Positions 1 to 9,736 of a stretch of DNA of 64,000 nt are shown piece by piece. The notes below the pieces were generated by a model. That model saw nothing but the letters and a program-made list of their open reading frames with translations. It had not been told where the DNA came from and did not search any database. The translations under genes and the position numbers were made by a program. The first letter of the stretch is position 1, and each line of letters opens with the position of its first letter. This DNA is from a virus, in IMG/VR virus record IMGVR_UViG_3300027963_005443. The stretch is one strand, 5' to 3'.

Positions 1-270
1 TATTCCGCTTCCTATTATGTTCCAAACATTACCGCTCATGTCATAAGTTCCATAGGCACTTGGTCCACCATTTGTGCCAATGGTGGTAACATTGGATGTA
101 GAGCGATGAGCAAAATCAGTGGCTGGCCATTTATTGTATCCCGAGTTTACATGTTGAGGTCCGTCATTTAAATCTACATGATCTAAAAATGTTATCCAAC
201 CCGGGGAACCTGGTTCGTTGGTCTTGTATTCAATTCCATTGCAACAATTATCATTTCTAAGTAAATTTAT
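1..270. repeat. 270-bp segment identical to 3853..4122
   Basis: Base-by-base comparison shows no mismatch over 1..270 vs 3853..4122; divergence begins at 271/4123. Confidence 0.9.
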
Positions 271-2100
271 AATATAATTTAAATCTCCATTACCTAGTAT
301 TCTTCCATCAGTTGTAACAGAGCCAATTATTATTGGAGGATTACATTCTTGACAACCTTCGCAACCTGGGTTTATTGGATCCCAATTACAAGAAGTACTA
401 GTTAGTGTTGGGGTAGAGGTGAGCGTTGGAGTTAACGTTAAAGTTGAAGTTAAAGTGAAAGTTGGAGTTAATGTAGGAGTGACAGTTGGTGTTTTGGTAA
501 GCGTAGGAGTGAGCGTAGGAGTGAGCGTAGGAGTTGGAGTAGATGTAGAAGTGGGGGTGGCTCCTGGGGTTGGATCGGGAACAATACAAGATATGCCGTC
601 GCCCACATTGTTAGCACACACACAATCGGGAAGAGTGTCACTCTGGGTGGCATATGTCCAATATCCTCCAGAACCATTCTTGTTTGGATCATAATAAGCA
701 GCTTTATACCATTCATTTTCATTGGGAACGAAATAAAGAGCATCTGGGTTTCTTGAAAATGCTGCGCTTCCAATTGCAGGCAAGGAACCGATCAAGCCGT
801 CTCTGTCGACCTCACCGCCGGAGGGTGCTCCACCCAAAGTATATGCTCCAGTTTCGGTGCTGCTAGTGGACTGGCCTCCGTTATGAAGCCAATTACATAA
901 TCTTGCTGCACAAAACCAATTGACAAAATTAACTGGTTTATTACCCATGTTAATTTTGGAAGAATAGGAGTAATTTCCAGAACTTCCAGTTCTCAATATT
1001 CCTCCTATAGAAAGATCGCCCATATTAGGACTGTATACTCCATAATCATCAGTTTTGGCAACTGAATTCAGAAATTGCACGTATTCATCATTGGTTAATT
1101 CATATTTTTGAATTTTATAATTATAAGAAACGGAACCATAAGCAGAATCGGGAGGATTATTTGGATTACCAATAGATACAAAACTACTATAGTCTAAGGG
1201 ATTTTCGATAGAGGCAATTCTAAATCCTATCCAGTAATATTTAATATCAACAGTATCGTTTCTCCACGATTTACTTAGTCCCATGGGACCCTCGTTGAAA
1301 GATCCTCCTCTCATAACACGAACACTTGGATTAAATTTTATTATTGTATCTGTAATTTCGTTTAAATTTCCGGTTTGATCGCATGTTCCATAAGCGCTTG
1401 GACCTCCGTTAGTGCCAACAGAGGTTTGATTTCCATTTCCGATCACTGAGCCGAAACCAGGTGGAACAGAGAGCCCCCAAAAAGAACAATCTTTGCCGCC
1501 ATTAGCACTATTTCTTCCCACCAGGGATATATCTGGAAGTTCTTCTTGACTTAATGGTCCATCGTAAATCTCTATTCTATAGACTGACCCCGGACAGTAT
1601 TCGTTTGGAACCTCAAGATCATCTATAAAAAATAAAAGGGTATTATTATCTGCCACTGCTTCATTGAGTGTATCTACCCAAGAAAATTTACTAATGTTAT
1701 TGACATATACGGCAACAACATTACTTGCACCATCTCTAGAAATAATCAATCTTAGTATTTTATTTGAAATTATAGTATTATCTATACTCTCGTAGGGCTC
1801 CCACTGAATGCGTCCCCTATTACCATACAAACCAATGTCAGAGGTTCTATTTTTTGTATCTAGTATTCTTTGTAAATCTCCAGTAGTACTTAAATCAAAT
1901 TTGAAGTCTATTATTATTGTATAATTATCATTATAAGCTAAGGCATCTTTAAGAATCAAACCTTGGTTAGCACTAGACGACCCACCAAAATTATAAGAAT
2001 TACTAGTGAGTATACCTCCGTTTGGCCGCAGGGATGGTCCTCCCAGTGTATCATTTAAATTGTTTTTGAATTCGTATAAATGTATGAGAGAGGCTGGCAT
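1..2100 (-). CDS. Partial (3' end off window) LamG-like + SUMF1/FGE-sulfatase-domain Thr/Pro-stalk surface protein; paralog of 2131..5958
   Basis: Not in the ORF track. ATG at 2100-2098; manual translation MPASLIHLYEFKNNLNDTLGGP...GTNGGPSAYGTCDQTGN...EWYKAAYYDPNKNGSGGYW...SGNVWNIIGSGI stays open to position 1 and is colinear with the next gene. Confidence 0.9.
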   Translation of the reverse strand, partial: MPASLIHLYEFKNNLNDTLGGPSLRPNGGILTSNSYNFGGSSSANQGLILKDALAYNDNYTIIIDFKFDLSTTGDLQRILDTKNRTSDIGLYGNRGRIQWEPYESIDNTIISNKILRLIISRDGASNVVAVYVNNISKFSWVDTLNEAVADNNTLLFFIDDLEVPNEYCPGSVYRIEIYDGPLSQEELPDISLVGRNSANGGKDCSFWGLSVPPGFGSVIGNGNQTSVGTNGGPSAYGTCDQTGNLNEITDTIIKFNPSVRVMRGGSFNEGPMGLSKSWRNDTVDIKYYWIGFRIASIENPLDYSSFVSIGNPNNPPDSAYGSVSYNYKIQKYELTNDEYVQFLNSVAKTDDYGVYSPNMGDLSIGGILRTGSSGNYSYSSKINMGNKPVNFVNWFCAARLCNWLHNGGQSTSSTETGAYTLGGAPSGGEVDRDGLIGSLPAIGSAAFSRNPDALYFVPNENEWYKAAYYDPNKNGSGGYWTYATQSDTLPDCVCANNVGDGISCIVPDPTPGATPTSTSTPTPTLTPTLTPTLTKTPTVTPTLTPTFTLTSTLTLTPTLTSTPTLTSTSCNWDPINPGCEGCQECNPPIIIGSVTTDGRILGNGDLNYIINLLRNDNCCNGIEYKTNEPGSPGWITFLDHVDLNDGPQHVNSGYNKWPATDFAHRSTSNVTTIGTNGGPSAYGTYDMSGNVWNIIGSGI

Positions 2101-2130
2101 TTATTTTATATATTGAAGATAACGCATAAT

Positions 2131-5100
2131 TTACATGGAATCAATCACATAACTTTTGTCATTAGCCACAGTAACAACGTCCAGTGGCATGCAGTAACTT
2201 AAAACTACTTTTCCCTTATTATCCACTACTCTTATCCAATTTATACCGCTGTGACAACCTCCTGCTCCCCAGTAACAGGTCAACTGAAATGTATATTCAT
2301 CCTTGCCTGGGAACGGGCGATCGGCTCCACCTTTTTTCGGCTTAACATTACCAGGAATGATTGCGTAATCGTATCTAGCCATAGGATTATTAGCCTTGTC
2401 TGAGAAGGGGTATATTGATGTAAATTTAGAATTATTAGGGGACCTATAATCGAAAGGATCATCTGCTCCTCCTCCATTATTTGTGTTCATTGTCTTAACA
2501 AACACTCCATTTATGTTTAAATTAAACTTAGCGGCATTGCATCCGTGACTACCGTCGCATGATCCCCCCGGCGCCCACCAGCTTTCGGGGCCAGCACCGT
2601 GCTGGGGATCATATATAATCTCTACTCTGTATCCTGCAATTTGGCCTACTGGAGATAGGGGGATCGGGGTAGCAGTTGGGGTTTGGGTTTTTGTTAAGGT
2701 TGGGGTCAAGGTAGGTGTTGGAGGTATGGTAGAGGTCATAGTGGCCGTTAAGCTTGCTGTCGGCACGATAGTCAGAGTAGGCGTCTCTGTAAGTGTGGGG
2801 GTGCTAGTGAGAGTGGGTGTAGACGTAAGCGTAGGAGTTAATGTTTGTGTTGATGTAGGGGTGGGAGTAGGCGTAGGAGGAGGCAAGGGAATACAAACCT
2901 CATTTGACATACAGGGTTTTATACAGAAAACTCTAAAACATATTTCTGTGGCGCCATATGGTCCATTATTGGCCCCAACTTTCATATACTCGCTCAAAGA
3001 CCCAGTTCTACAATTGCCACATCTATTTGGGTCTAGGCACACACAGAGACTATCGTCACTTCTTTGCGTGGAAGCATAAGGAAGTCCATCCTGTTGACTG
3101 TTGGTGCATACAAAACTCGGCAAGTCATCACTTTGGGTTGCATACTTCCAGTAACCAGAATTTAAACCATTGCCCTTATAATAAGCAGCTTTGTACCATT
3201 CGTCTTCACTTGGTATCCAATACTTGGCATTAGTATTCTTTTCCACAATTCCACATTTTGGAACTATTCCATTGAGAGTATATGCTCCATCCTCTGTAGT
3301 TAAAGTATCTTGATTTCCATTAAGCATACCATTATGAAGCCAATTACAAAATCTAGCACAATCATACCAATCCACAAGAACTACAGGTTTATTACACATT
3401 CTACTCTTTGTGGAATAAGTGTAATTTGGAGAAGATCCATTTCTCACTATACCACAATTTACATTATATATATTATCATCTCCTTTATATAATCCGTAAT
3501 CATCTTTCTTGGCAATACTATTTAAAAAAGAGCAATACTGTTTGTTGGTGATAGAATATTTTCCTATTGAATACTTGTAAGAAACAGAACCAAATCCAGA
3601 ATTTCCATTATCATCTACGGACATATCAGACCGATTATTCAAATCTTCAATATCCATAAAGCGTATTCCGCTAAAAGACTCATCATTTAAAGTACAAAGC
3701 CTAAACCCTAATGATTCATGAAAAACATGTGCTCCCACCACTTTTGGATGGTTAGATGAGAGACCGTCTACATTCATCCAAGAACCACCTCTCCAGACTA
3801 TGCAGGATTTATCCGAACAACCGGCAACATTATTTTCTGCCCAATCTAAAGTTATTCCGCTTCCTATTATGTTCCAAACATTACCGCTCATGTCATAAGT
3901 TCCATAGGCACTTGGTCCACCATTTGTGCCAATGGTGGTAACATTGGATGTAGAGCGATGAGCAAAATCAGTGGCTGGCCATTTATTGTATCCCGAGTTT
4001 ACATGTTGAGGTCCGTCATTTAAATCTACATGATCTAAAAATGTTATCCAACCCGGGGAACCTGGTTCGTTGGTCTTGTATTCAATTCCATTGCAACAAT
4101 TATCATTTCTAAGTAAATTTATTATATAATTTAATTTTCCATTACTTAGCAATTCCCCATTAGTGGTAACAGAACCTATTATGATTGGAGGATTACATTC
4201 TTGACAACCTGTGCATCCTGGGTTTGTTGGATCCCAATTACAAGAAGTACTAGTTAGTGTTGGGGTGGAGGTGAGCGTTGGAGTTAAAGATAGAGTTGGA
4301 GTTAAAGTATTTGTTGATGTTAATGTTGGGGTTACAGTTGGTGTTTTGGTAAGCGTAGGGGTGATTGTGGGAGTTAGTGTGGGAGTAAGAGTTAAAGTTG
4401 GCGTTGGCGTGGAGGTAGATGTGGAAGTGGGCGTAACTCCGAGAGTAGATGTCAATGTAGGTGTTGGGTCGGGAGGAACACACACTATGCCATCGCCAAT
4501 ATTACTTGCGCATACACAGTCCGGGGTGATGTCACTCTGTGTCGCATAAGTCCAGTATCCTCCAGAACCATTCTTGTTGGGATCATAATATGCAGCCTTA
4601 TACCATTCATTTTCATTGGGAATAAAATAAAGAGCATTTGGATTTCTTGAAAAGGTTGCGCTATTAGTAACAGCTCCATTTAATGTGTATGCTCCGGTTT
4701 CAGTACTACTAGATGCTGCGCCTCCGTTATGAAGCCAGTTGCATAGTCTTGCCGCACAAAACCAACTTACAAAATTAACAGGTTTATCACCCATATTAAT
4801 TTTAGAAGAATAGGAGTAATTTCCAGAACTTCCAGTTCTTAATATGCCTCCTGCTGGGGTGCTTCCCATGTTAGAACTATATAATACATAATTATCGGTC
4901 TTTGCCACTGAATTTAAAAATTGAGCATATTCATCATTGGTTAACTCATATTTTTGTATTTTATAATTATAAGAAACAGAACCAAATCCAGTATCATCGG
5001 AAGGATTATTGATATTTCCTATCAAAACAAAATTACTATAATTTAATGTGTTGGTAATAGAAGCTATCCTAAATCCCAAATCAGATAAGCCCAAAGGATA

Positions 5101-5958
5101 TTCTACATTGGTGGCGACTTGCCTTGCAAGGTTGGATATGCCAATGGGTGTTGTTGACGACGAGGATCTAAATGAACCTCCTCTGAGATAATGAGCATCG
5201 TTGCTGTTGGGCAGTGGGACGAAGCTTCCATAAGGAGTCTCTGTCCATTCAGCAATATTCCCTGTTTGATCGTATGTTCCATAAGCGCTTGGACCTCCGT
5301 TAGTGCCAACAGTAGTTTGATTTCCTTCACCCGGAAATCCTGCACCCCAAAAAGCGCATGTATCATAATTAGTTTTATTTCTTCCGGCAGGGGATATCTC
5401 TGGCAATTCTGTCTGGGCCAGCGGTCCATCATAAACTTCTATTCTATAGACGTGACCAGGATCGCACTCATTAGGAACCTCAAGATCGTCTATAAAAAAC
5501 AAAAGAGTATTATTAAATGCTATAGCCTCACCAATGGTATCAACCCAAGAAAATTTACTGCTATTGTCAACATATGTATTAACTACATTACTTTGGCCGT
5601 CTCTAGTGATAACAACTCTTGATGTTTTGCCTGCCACTATAAGGCCATCATCTATGCTCAGATAAGGAAACCATTGAAGGTGACCTTGGTAACCATATAA
5701 TCCCCTATCTGAGGTTCTATTTTTTGTATCTAATATTCTTTGCAAATTGCCGGGAAGGCTATCAAATTTAAAGTCTATTATTATTGTATAGCTATTATTA
5801 TAGGCCAATGCATTTTCAAGAATTAACCCTTGGTTGGGACCAAAACTATAGGAGTTGGAACCGGTAAGCGCTCCTCCGATTGCCCGGATTGGCGGTCCAC
5901 CTAGTGTATCATTTAAACTATTTTTGAATTCGTATACATGTATAAGAGAGGCTGGCAT
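2131..5958 (-). CDS. Large virion-surface/fibre-like protein: N-terminal LamG/concanavalin-like domain, two SUMF1/FGE-sulfatase modules, Thr/Pro linkers, unknown C-terminal domain
   Basis: 1275 aa; YGTYDQTGNIAEW, RGGS, GFR, KYELTN, PVNFVSW, WLHNG and ENEWYKAAYY motifs each occur twice; TPTLT repeats. The virion role is inferred. Confidence 0.85.
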   Translation of the reverse strand: MPASLIHVYEFKNSLNDTLGGPPIRAIGGALTGSNSYSFGPNQGLILENALAYNNSYTIIIDFKFDSLPGNLQRILDTKNRTSDRGLYGYQGHLQWFPYLSIDDGLIVAGKTSRVVITRDGQSNVVNTYVDNSSKFSWVDTIGEAIAFNNTLLFFIDDLEVPNECDPGHVYRIEVYDGPLAQTELPEISPAGRNKTNYDTCAFWGAGFPGEGNQTTVGTNGGPSAYGTYDQTGNIAEWTETPYGSFVPLPNSNDAHYLRGGSFRSSSSTTPIGISNLARQVATNVEYPLGLSDLGFRIASITNTLNYSNFVLIGNINNPSDDTGFGSVSYNYKIQKYELTNDEYAQFLNSVAKTDNYVLYSSNMGSTPAGGILRTGSSGNYSYSSKINMGDKPVNFVSWFCAARLCNWLHNGGAASSSTETGAYTLNGAVTNSATFSRNPNALYFIPNENEWYKAAYYDPNKNGSGGYWTYATQSDITPDCVCASNIGDGIVCVPPDPTPTLTSTLGVTPTSTSTSTPTPTLTLTPTLTPTITPTLTKTPTVTPTLTSTNTLTPTLSLTPTLTSTPTLTSTSCNWDPTNPGCTGCQECNPPIIIGSVTTNGELLSNGKLNYIINLLRNDNCCNGIEYKTNEPGSPGWITFLDHVDLNDGPQHVNSGYNKWPATDFAHRSTSNVTTIGTNGGPSAYGTYDMSGNVWNIIGSGITLDWAENNVAGCSDKSCIVWRGGSWMNVDGLSSNHPKVVGAHVFHESLGFRLCTLNDESFSGIRFMDIEDLNNRSDMSVDDNGNSGFGSVSYKYSIGKYSITNKQYCSFLNSIAKKDDYGLYKGDDNIYNVNCGIVRNGSSPNYTYSTKSRMCNKPVVLVDWYDCARFCNWLHNGMLNGNQDTLTTEDGAYTLNGIVPKCGIVEKNTNAKYWIPSEDEWYKAAYYKGNGLNSGYWKYATQSDDLPSFVCTNSQQDGLPYASTQRSDDSLCVCLDPNRCGNCRTGSLSEYMKVGANNGPYGATEICFRVFCIKPCMSNEVCIPLPPPTPTPTPTSTQTLTPTLTSTPTLTSTPTLTETPTLTIVPTASLTATMTSTIPPTPTLTPTLTKTQTPTATPIPLSPVGQIAGYRVEIIYDPQHGAGPESWWAPGGSCDGSHGCNAAKFNLNINGVFVKTMNTNNGGGADDPFDYRSPNNSKFTSIYPFSDKANNPMARYDYAIIPGNVKPKKGGADRPFPGKDEYTFQLTCYWGAGGCHSGINWIRVVDNKGKVVLSYCMPLDVVTVANDKSYVIDSM
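3853..4122. repeat. Second copy of the 270-bp identical segment (1..270)
   Basis: Direct sequence identity at offset 3852. Confidence 0.9.
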
Positions 5959-5992
5959 TTATTTTATATATTGAAAGTAATATATAATTTAT

Positions 5993-6442
5993 ATGGATTT
6001 TAAAACATTCTTTGAACAAGAAGATAGCAAAAGCATAAAAAAAACTATAGGTAAATTACCTAGGGGTCATCAAAAACTTTTGGATGGATTTAAATTTAGA
6101 TACACATCAGACAACACCTTGGACAACGATCATGGTCATGTAGGAATAATCCAGGGCAAAAATATAGAAGTATCAGCGCCTTGGAATTATGGTAGAGAAT
6201 GGGTCACATTGCACGAAATAGCCCACAGAATATGGGAAGAAAAGATGACAAAAGAACTCAAAAAAGAATGGAGTCCTTTAGCCAAAAAAATTAAGAACAA
6301 AAATAGAGATAATAAATCTTTACAACAAAACGATGAAGAGCTTTTTGCTATGGCCTATGCAGCCACCTATGCAAAACATCCTGTTGTTACATTCCATCAC
6401 AAGGAATGGATCGAGTTTATTAAAGAAAAAGTTCCAAGTTAA
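5993..6442 (+). CDS. Small zincin-like (HExxH) protein with capsid-targeting-like N-terminus
   Basis: VTLHEIAH plus downstream EELFA; N-terminus MDFKTFFEQE. Confidence 0.6.
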   Translation: MDFKTFFEQEDSKSIKKTIGKLPRGHQKLLDGFKFRYTSDNTLDNDHGHVGIIQGKNIEVSAPWNYGREWVTLHEIAHRIWEEKMTKELKKEWSPLAKKIKNKNRDNKSLQQNDEELFAMAYAATYAKHPVVTFHHKEWIEFIKEKVPS

Positions 6443-7167
6443 ATCGGTCTAGATTGCACATCACTCAATAACTTTGGAAGAGTAGTCATTGCATCTTCGG
6501 TCAATCTTTCATAATCATTAATATCTAGACTGAATATCTGGTAATGGTGGCAGATAGGATTCTTCATTACCTGCGGGTTGTATCCCTTATTCTGTGTTTT
6601 GAGGGTCATAAGGAAACTCATACCAACCTGTGGGAGCATTTCATTCCAAGGACCACAATTTTCCCAACATTCTTTTGTCATTAAACAAAGATACTCTTGT
6701 AAAAACTCTACCTTTTGATCACCCATCATATAGCTTGAAAAATCAACGCCAACAAGACCGGCTTTATTATTTTCTGCGACATTTATTAGAAGATCCAACC
6801 ATGCCGCATTGAGTATGACAACATCACAATGCATAAAAATAAAGTACTTTGAATTTTTATCAGCAGCTTTTGCACCCTTATTTGCAGCACTGCTCCAAAA
6901 TTCATTCTTCGGAAGTCTAACGAGTTTAACCTCATTTTTAATATCTTCCAAAAACGACTGAGACTCTTCTCCACTTCCATTATCAACAACTATTATTTCA
7001 TAATTATTACTAAAACTAGTGACAGCAATACTCTGAAGACAAATATTGAGATACTCAGGCCTGTCCTTATGGACCACTATGATGCTGACTTGTTCTTCGG
7101 TGCTGTTGTGCATCGGTATAGAGAGTTCTGCACGGTCGCCTTCGAGGGGATTGTATGGTTTAGCCAT
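6439..7167 (-). CDS. Glycosyltransferase family 2
   Basis: VSIIVVHKDR, YEIIVVDNGS, FMHCDV (DxD-like) motifs. Confidence 0.85.
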   Translation of the reverse strand: MAKPYNPLEGDRAELSIPMHNSTEEQVSIIVVHKDRPEYLNICLQSIAVTSFSNNYEIIVVDNGSGEESQSFLEDIKNEVKLVRLPKNEFWSSAANKGAKAADKNSKYFIFMHCDVVILNAAWLDLLINVAENNKAGLVGVDFSSYMMGDQKVEFLQEYLCLMTKECWENCGPWNEMLPQVGMSFLMTLKTQNKGYNPQVMKNPICHHYQIFSLDINDYERLTEDAMTTLPKLLSDVQSRPI

Positions 7168-7179
7168 ATTATTTTCCTT

Positions 7180-7217
7180 GGTTAGATTTAGATCTATTGG
7201 TTAGATTTAGATCTATT
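7180..7217. repeat. 19-bp perfect tandem duplication (GGTTAGATTTAGATCTATT x2)
   Basis: Seen directly; lies just upstream of the ribosome-binding site of the GT2 gene. Confidence 0.85.
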
Positions 7218-7226
7218 ATAGACTTT

Positions 7227-7439
7227 TCATTCTTCTGTTTCAATGTCAAAGATTGAATATTCACAAGAACACTCAACTGAAAAACCCTGGGCTGTTTGAA
7301 TTAATTGTTTTGTATTTTTAGCAAGAGAATTAAAATAAGTCTCAGCTTTTAATATGTCCTTAAAAGCTTTTTCAACTTTAACAAAGATAAATTCTCCGTT
7401 AATTTGTCTTGCCACATTTACTATTAAAAAAACCTTCAC
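7227..7439 (-). CDS. Hypothetical protein
   Basis: 70 aa ORF coupled by overlap to its neighbours. Confidence 0.6.
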   Translation of the reverse strand: MKVFLIVNVARQINGEFIFVKVEKAFKDILKAETYFNSLAKNTKQLIQTAQGFSVECSCEYSIFDIETEE

Positions 7440-7729
7440 TCTGGGAACTCCAATTCTTTTATTTCTTTAGGTTTCTGCTTTTCTTCTTTTATAATTTCTT
7501 TTTGAGCTATCATGATGTTCTTGTCTAAAGTTCTTATAAATCCCTCTAGTGCTTGGTGAGGATAACTTGAGGCCATTTTTTTCAGACGATTTTTAACCTT
7601 TTCATCTAAATCTTTTGAGTCTATCAATTTGGTGACAGTTTTAAAATTTATAATTTTAAAACTACAGGGCTGTCTTGATTCATCTTGGCCCGCTGATAAT
7701 TGAAACTTAAGATTCTCTGCTTCTAGCAT
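7436..7729 (-). CDS. Hypothetical protein
   Basis: 97 aa ORF, stop/start overlap with both neighbours. Confidence 0.6.
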   Translation of the reverse strand: MLEAENLKFQLSAGQDESRQPCSFKIINFKTVTKLIDSKDLDEKVKNRLKKMASSYPHQALEGFIRTLDKNIMIAQKEIIKEEKQKPKEIKELEFPE

Positions 7730-8040
7730 TATTCGTCCTCCTTGCTTTCTTCGTTTTCTTCAAAATTCCTATATCTTTCAAATTTATTATTTTTTAAGTC
7801 AGACAATAGACTTCCAACATTTACTAGCGGATTATTATTAAATTTATATTCTTTTAAATTATCTCCGACTAAAGTCCTCAATGCAATATCTTGTATTTCT
7901 TTTTTCTTATCGTCAGATAATTCATGATCTAAAAAATAAACACTACTATCTGCGTAATTAAACATGCAAAGGTGTTTGTTATCTCCTATCTTAACTAAAA
8001 CTGGCACCAAATATTCTATAGAAATCTTTTCCATAAACAT
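7729..8040 (-). CDS. Hypothetical protein
   Basis: 103 aa ORF heading a coupled run of minus-strand genes. Confidence 0.6.
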   Translation of the reverse strand: MFMEKISIEYLVPVLVKIGDNKHLCMFNYADSSVYFLDHELSDDKKKEIQDIALRTLVGDNLKEYKFNNNPLVNVGSLLSDLKNNKFERYRNFEENEESKEDE

Positions 8041-8103
8041 AATTGAGTTAAAATTTTCTGAAAATGTTTAGTATATACATTATGCTAATACAATCCTAAC
8101 AAA

Positions 8104-8913
8104 ATGAAAAAATTAATATTTTTATTTCTGTTGTTGATTCATAATTTTTCTCTGGCTGGCACTATCGACCCATCAACCCCCGATGAAAAATATATTGATT
8201 TTGGTGAAAAATTTTATTTTGTAGTAAAAATTAAATCAAGTTTTAAAATCGACGGAGAAGAATACAGCAGCTCCGCATCTTCCGTACTAATAGGTCCGCA
8301 TTGGGCACTAACCGCTGCTCATGTTGTAGATGGGACAGAAAAGTCGGAAATTATTCTAGGAGATTGTGAAGAAAAAACGTGCAAACACTATCCTTTAACG
8401 GTAATAAAGCACAAAGAATATAATGATGATGTGCACGCAAGATATGATATTGCACTATGCTACTCTGCAGAAGATTTTGGACTAAATTCTTATCCCAAAT
8501 TATATAAAAAAGATGACGAACTTGGTAAAATAGCCACTATCTCCGGCTTCGGTATGCGTGGAACTTTTAATACAGGAGCGCAAGAGGGAGATAATCGAAG
8601 GAGAGCCGGAAGCAATAAAATAAGCGGCCTAGAGAGGGGGGTAATAGTTTGTGATCCAAGTATCACAGGAAAAACGGCATTAGAATTCATGATCACACCA
8701 GGAGATTCTGGTGGGGGTTTATTTATTGGAAATGAATTAGCCGGGATAAATTCTTTTTTAATGTCAACAGACGGAAAAGCTAATGGAACCTACACAGACG
8801 AATCTGCGTTTACCCGCATAAGTCTATACTCGGATTGGATAGACAGCAATATTAACGAACACGAAGAACTTGTTTCAAAAAATAAAGACGTGATTGTGGT
8901 GAAAAAAGAGTAA
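8104..8913 (+). CDS. Secreted trypsin-like serine protease (S1)
   Basis: Signal-peptide-like N-terminus; catalytic motifs LTAAHV, YDIAL, GDSGG. Confidence 0.9.
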   Translation: MKKLIFLFLLLIHNFSLAGTIDPSTPDEKYIDFGEKFYFVVKIKSSFKIDGEEYSSSASSVLIGPHWALTAAHVVDGTEKSEIILGDCEEKTCKHYPLTVIKHKEYNDDVHARYDIALCYSAEDFGLNSYPKLYKKDDELGKIATISGFGMRGTFNTGAQEGDNRRRAGSNKISGLERGVIVCDPSITGKTALEFMITPGDSGGGLFIGNELAGINSFLMSTDGKANGTYTDESAFTRISLYSDWIDSNINEHEELVSKNKDVIVVKKE

Positions 8914-9144
8914 TCAGTTCTTCTTGATTTTATCCATATCTATCTTATCTGGATCGATTCCTGGGCCATAAGGTGATGGTGAATATTCTTTCTGAAGCTT
9001 CTTTATTACAATATCTGCAATATTCTCGTAATGATTTTCAACAATTAAGTTGGAGACCTGTTTAGAGAATACGGCCGATATAAGTAGGGCAGAAGCCAGA
9101 AAAGATGCCAACCAAAACAGTTTATTATCAAGTAAATTTTTCAT
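8914..9144 (-). CDS. Small membrane protein, hypothetical
   Basis: Likely start at the ATG at 9144 (the track start 9240 overlaps infC); one hydrophobic segment LFWLASFLASALLISAVF. Confidence 0.55.
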   Translation of the reverse strand: MKNLLDNKLFWLASFLASALLISAVFSKQVSNLIVENHYENIADIVIKKLQKEYSPSPYGPGIDPDKIDMDKIKKN

Positions 9145-9175
9145 TTTAATGCCTTTCAAATATAATATAGTATTT

Positions 9176-9730
9176 TTATTGATTTTTTGGAACAACTCTT
9201 GCAATAATTTGATTGCTAGAAATGAAGGGGTCTTTTTCAACTATGCCTAGATCTTTCAATTCATCGATAAACTTTTTAATTAATTCAAATCCCTTATCTT
9301 TGTGAGATAAATCTCTATATGTTTTAAATCTAACGGTGATCTGAAGTTTCTTTTTATCTTCAAGAAAAGATTTGGCCTGATTGATTTTTATATTAAGATC
9401 ATTTTGCTCTATGCAAGATTTAAATCTGATCTCCTTTAAATCATTCTTATTCTTCTTTAAGCTTTTTTCTTTTATCTTTTGTTCGTAGAGATATTTTTCA
9501 TAATTTATAATATGACATACTGGTGGATTTGCAGTCGGGACCAGTTCAACCAAATCGAGCTTCTTATCTTGCGCCAGTCTTTGAGCAGAGGCGGTATTCA
9601 TTATGCCGATCTGCTGACCTTCACTTATCACTCTTACGCAAGGAGCCTTTATAAAATTATTAATTTTATGCTTAGGTTGATTACCATGATTGGTAAAATA
9701 CCTATTATTGTTGTTGTAAAATTTGTTCAT
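9176..9730 (-). CDS. infC: Translation initiation factor IF-3
   Basis: INNFIKAPCVRVI, LDLVELVPTANPPVCHIINYEKY, KEIRF, KINQAKSFLED match the IF3 N and C domains; ATG start. Confidence 0.9.
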   Translation of the reverse strand: MNKFYNNNNRYFTNHGNQPKHKINNFIKAPCVRVISEGQQIGIMNTASAQRLAQDKKLDLVELVPTANPPVCHIINYEKYLYEQKIKEKSLKKNKNDLKEIRFKSCIEQNDLNIKINQAKSFLEDKKKLQITVRFKTYRDLSHKDKGFELIKKFIDELKDLGIVEKDPFISSNQIIARVVPKNQ

Positions 9731-9736
9731 CCTGAA

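Noticed and set aside
398-4549. Short Val/Gly-rich or His/Asn-rich ORFs in the track (e.g. 419..694, 2726..3079, 4211..4549; also 21203..21544, 22650..22880, 23880..24530)
   Set aside because: Antisense or off-frame shadows of Thr/Pro repeats inside longer genes.
1-5958. Diversity-generating retroelement (FGE/CLec domains plus near-identical repeats)
   Set aside because: Differences between the paralogs are not adenine-specific, both copies are coding, the shared patch has no mismatches, and there is no reverse transcriptase in the window.
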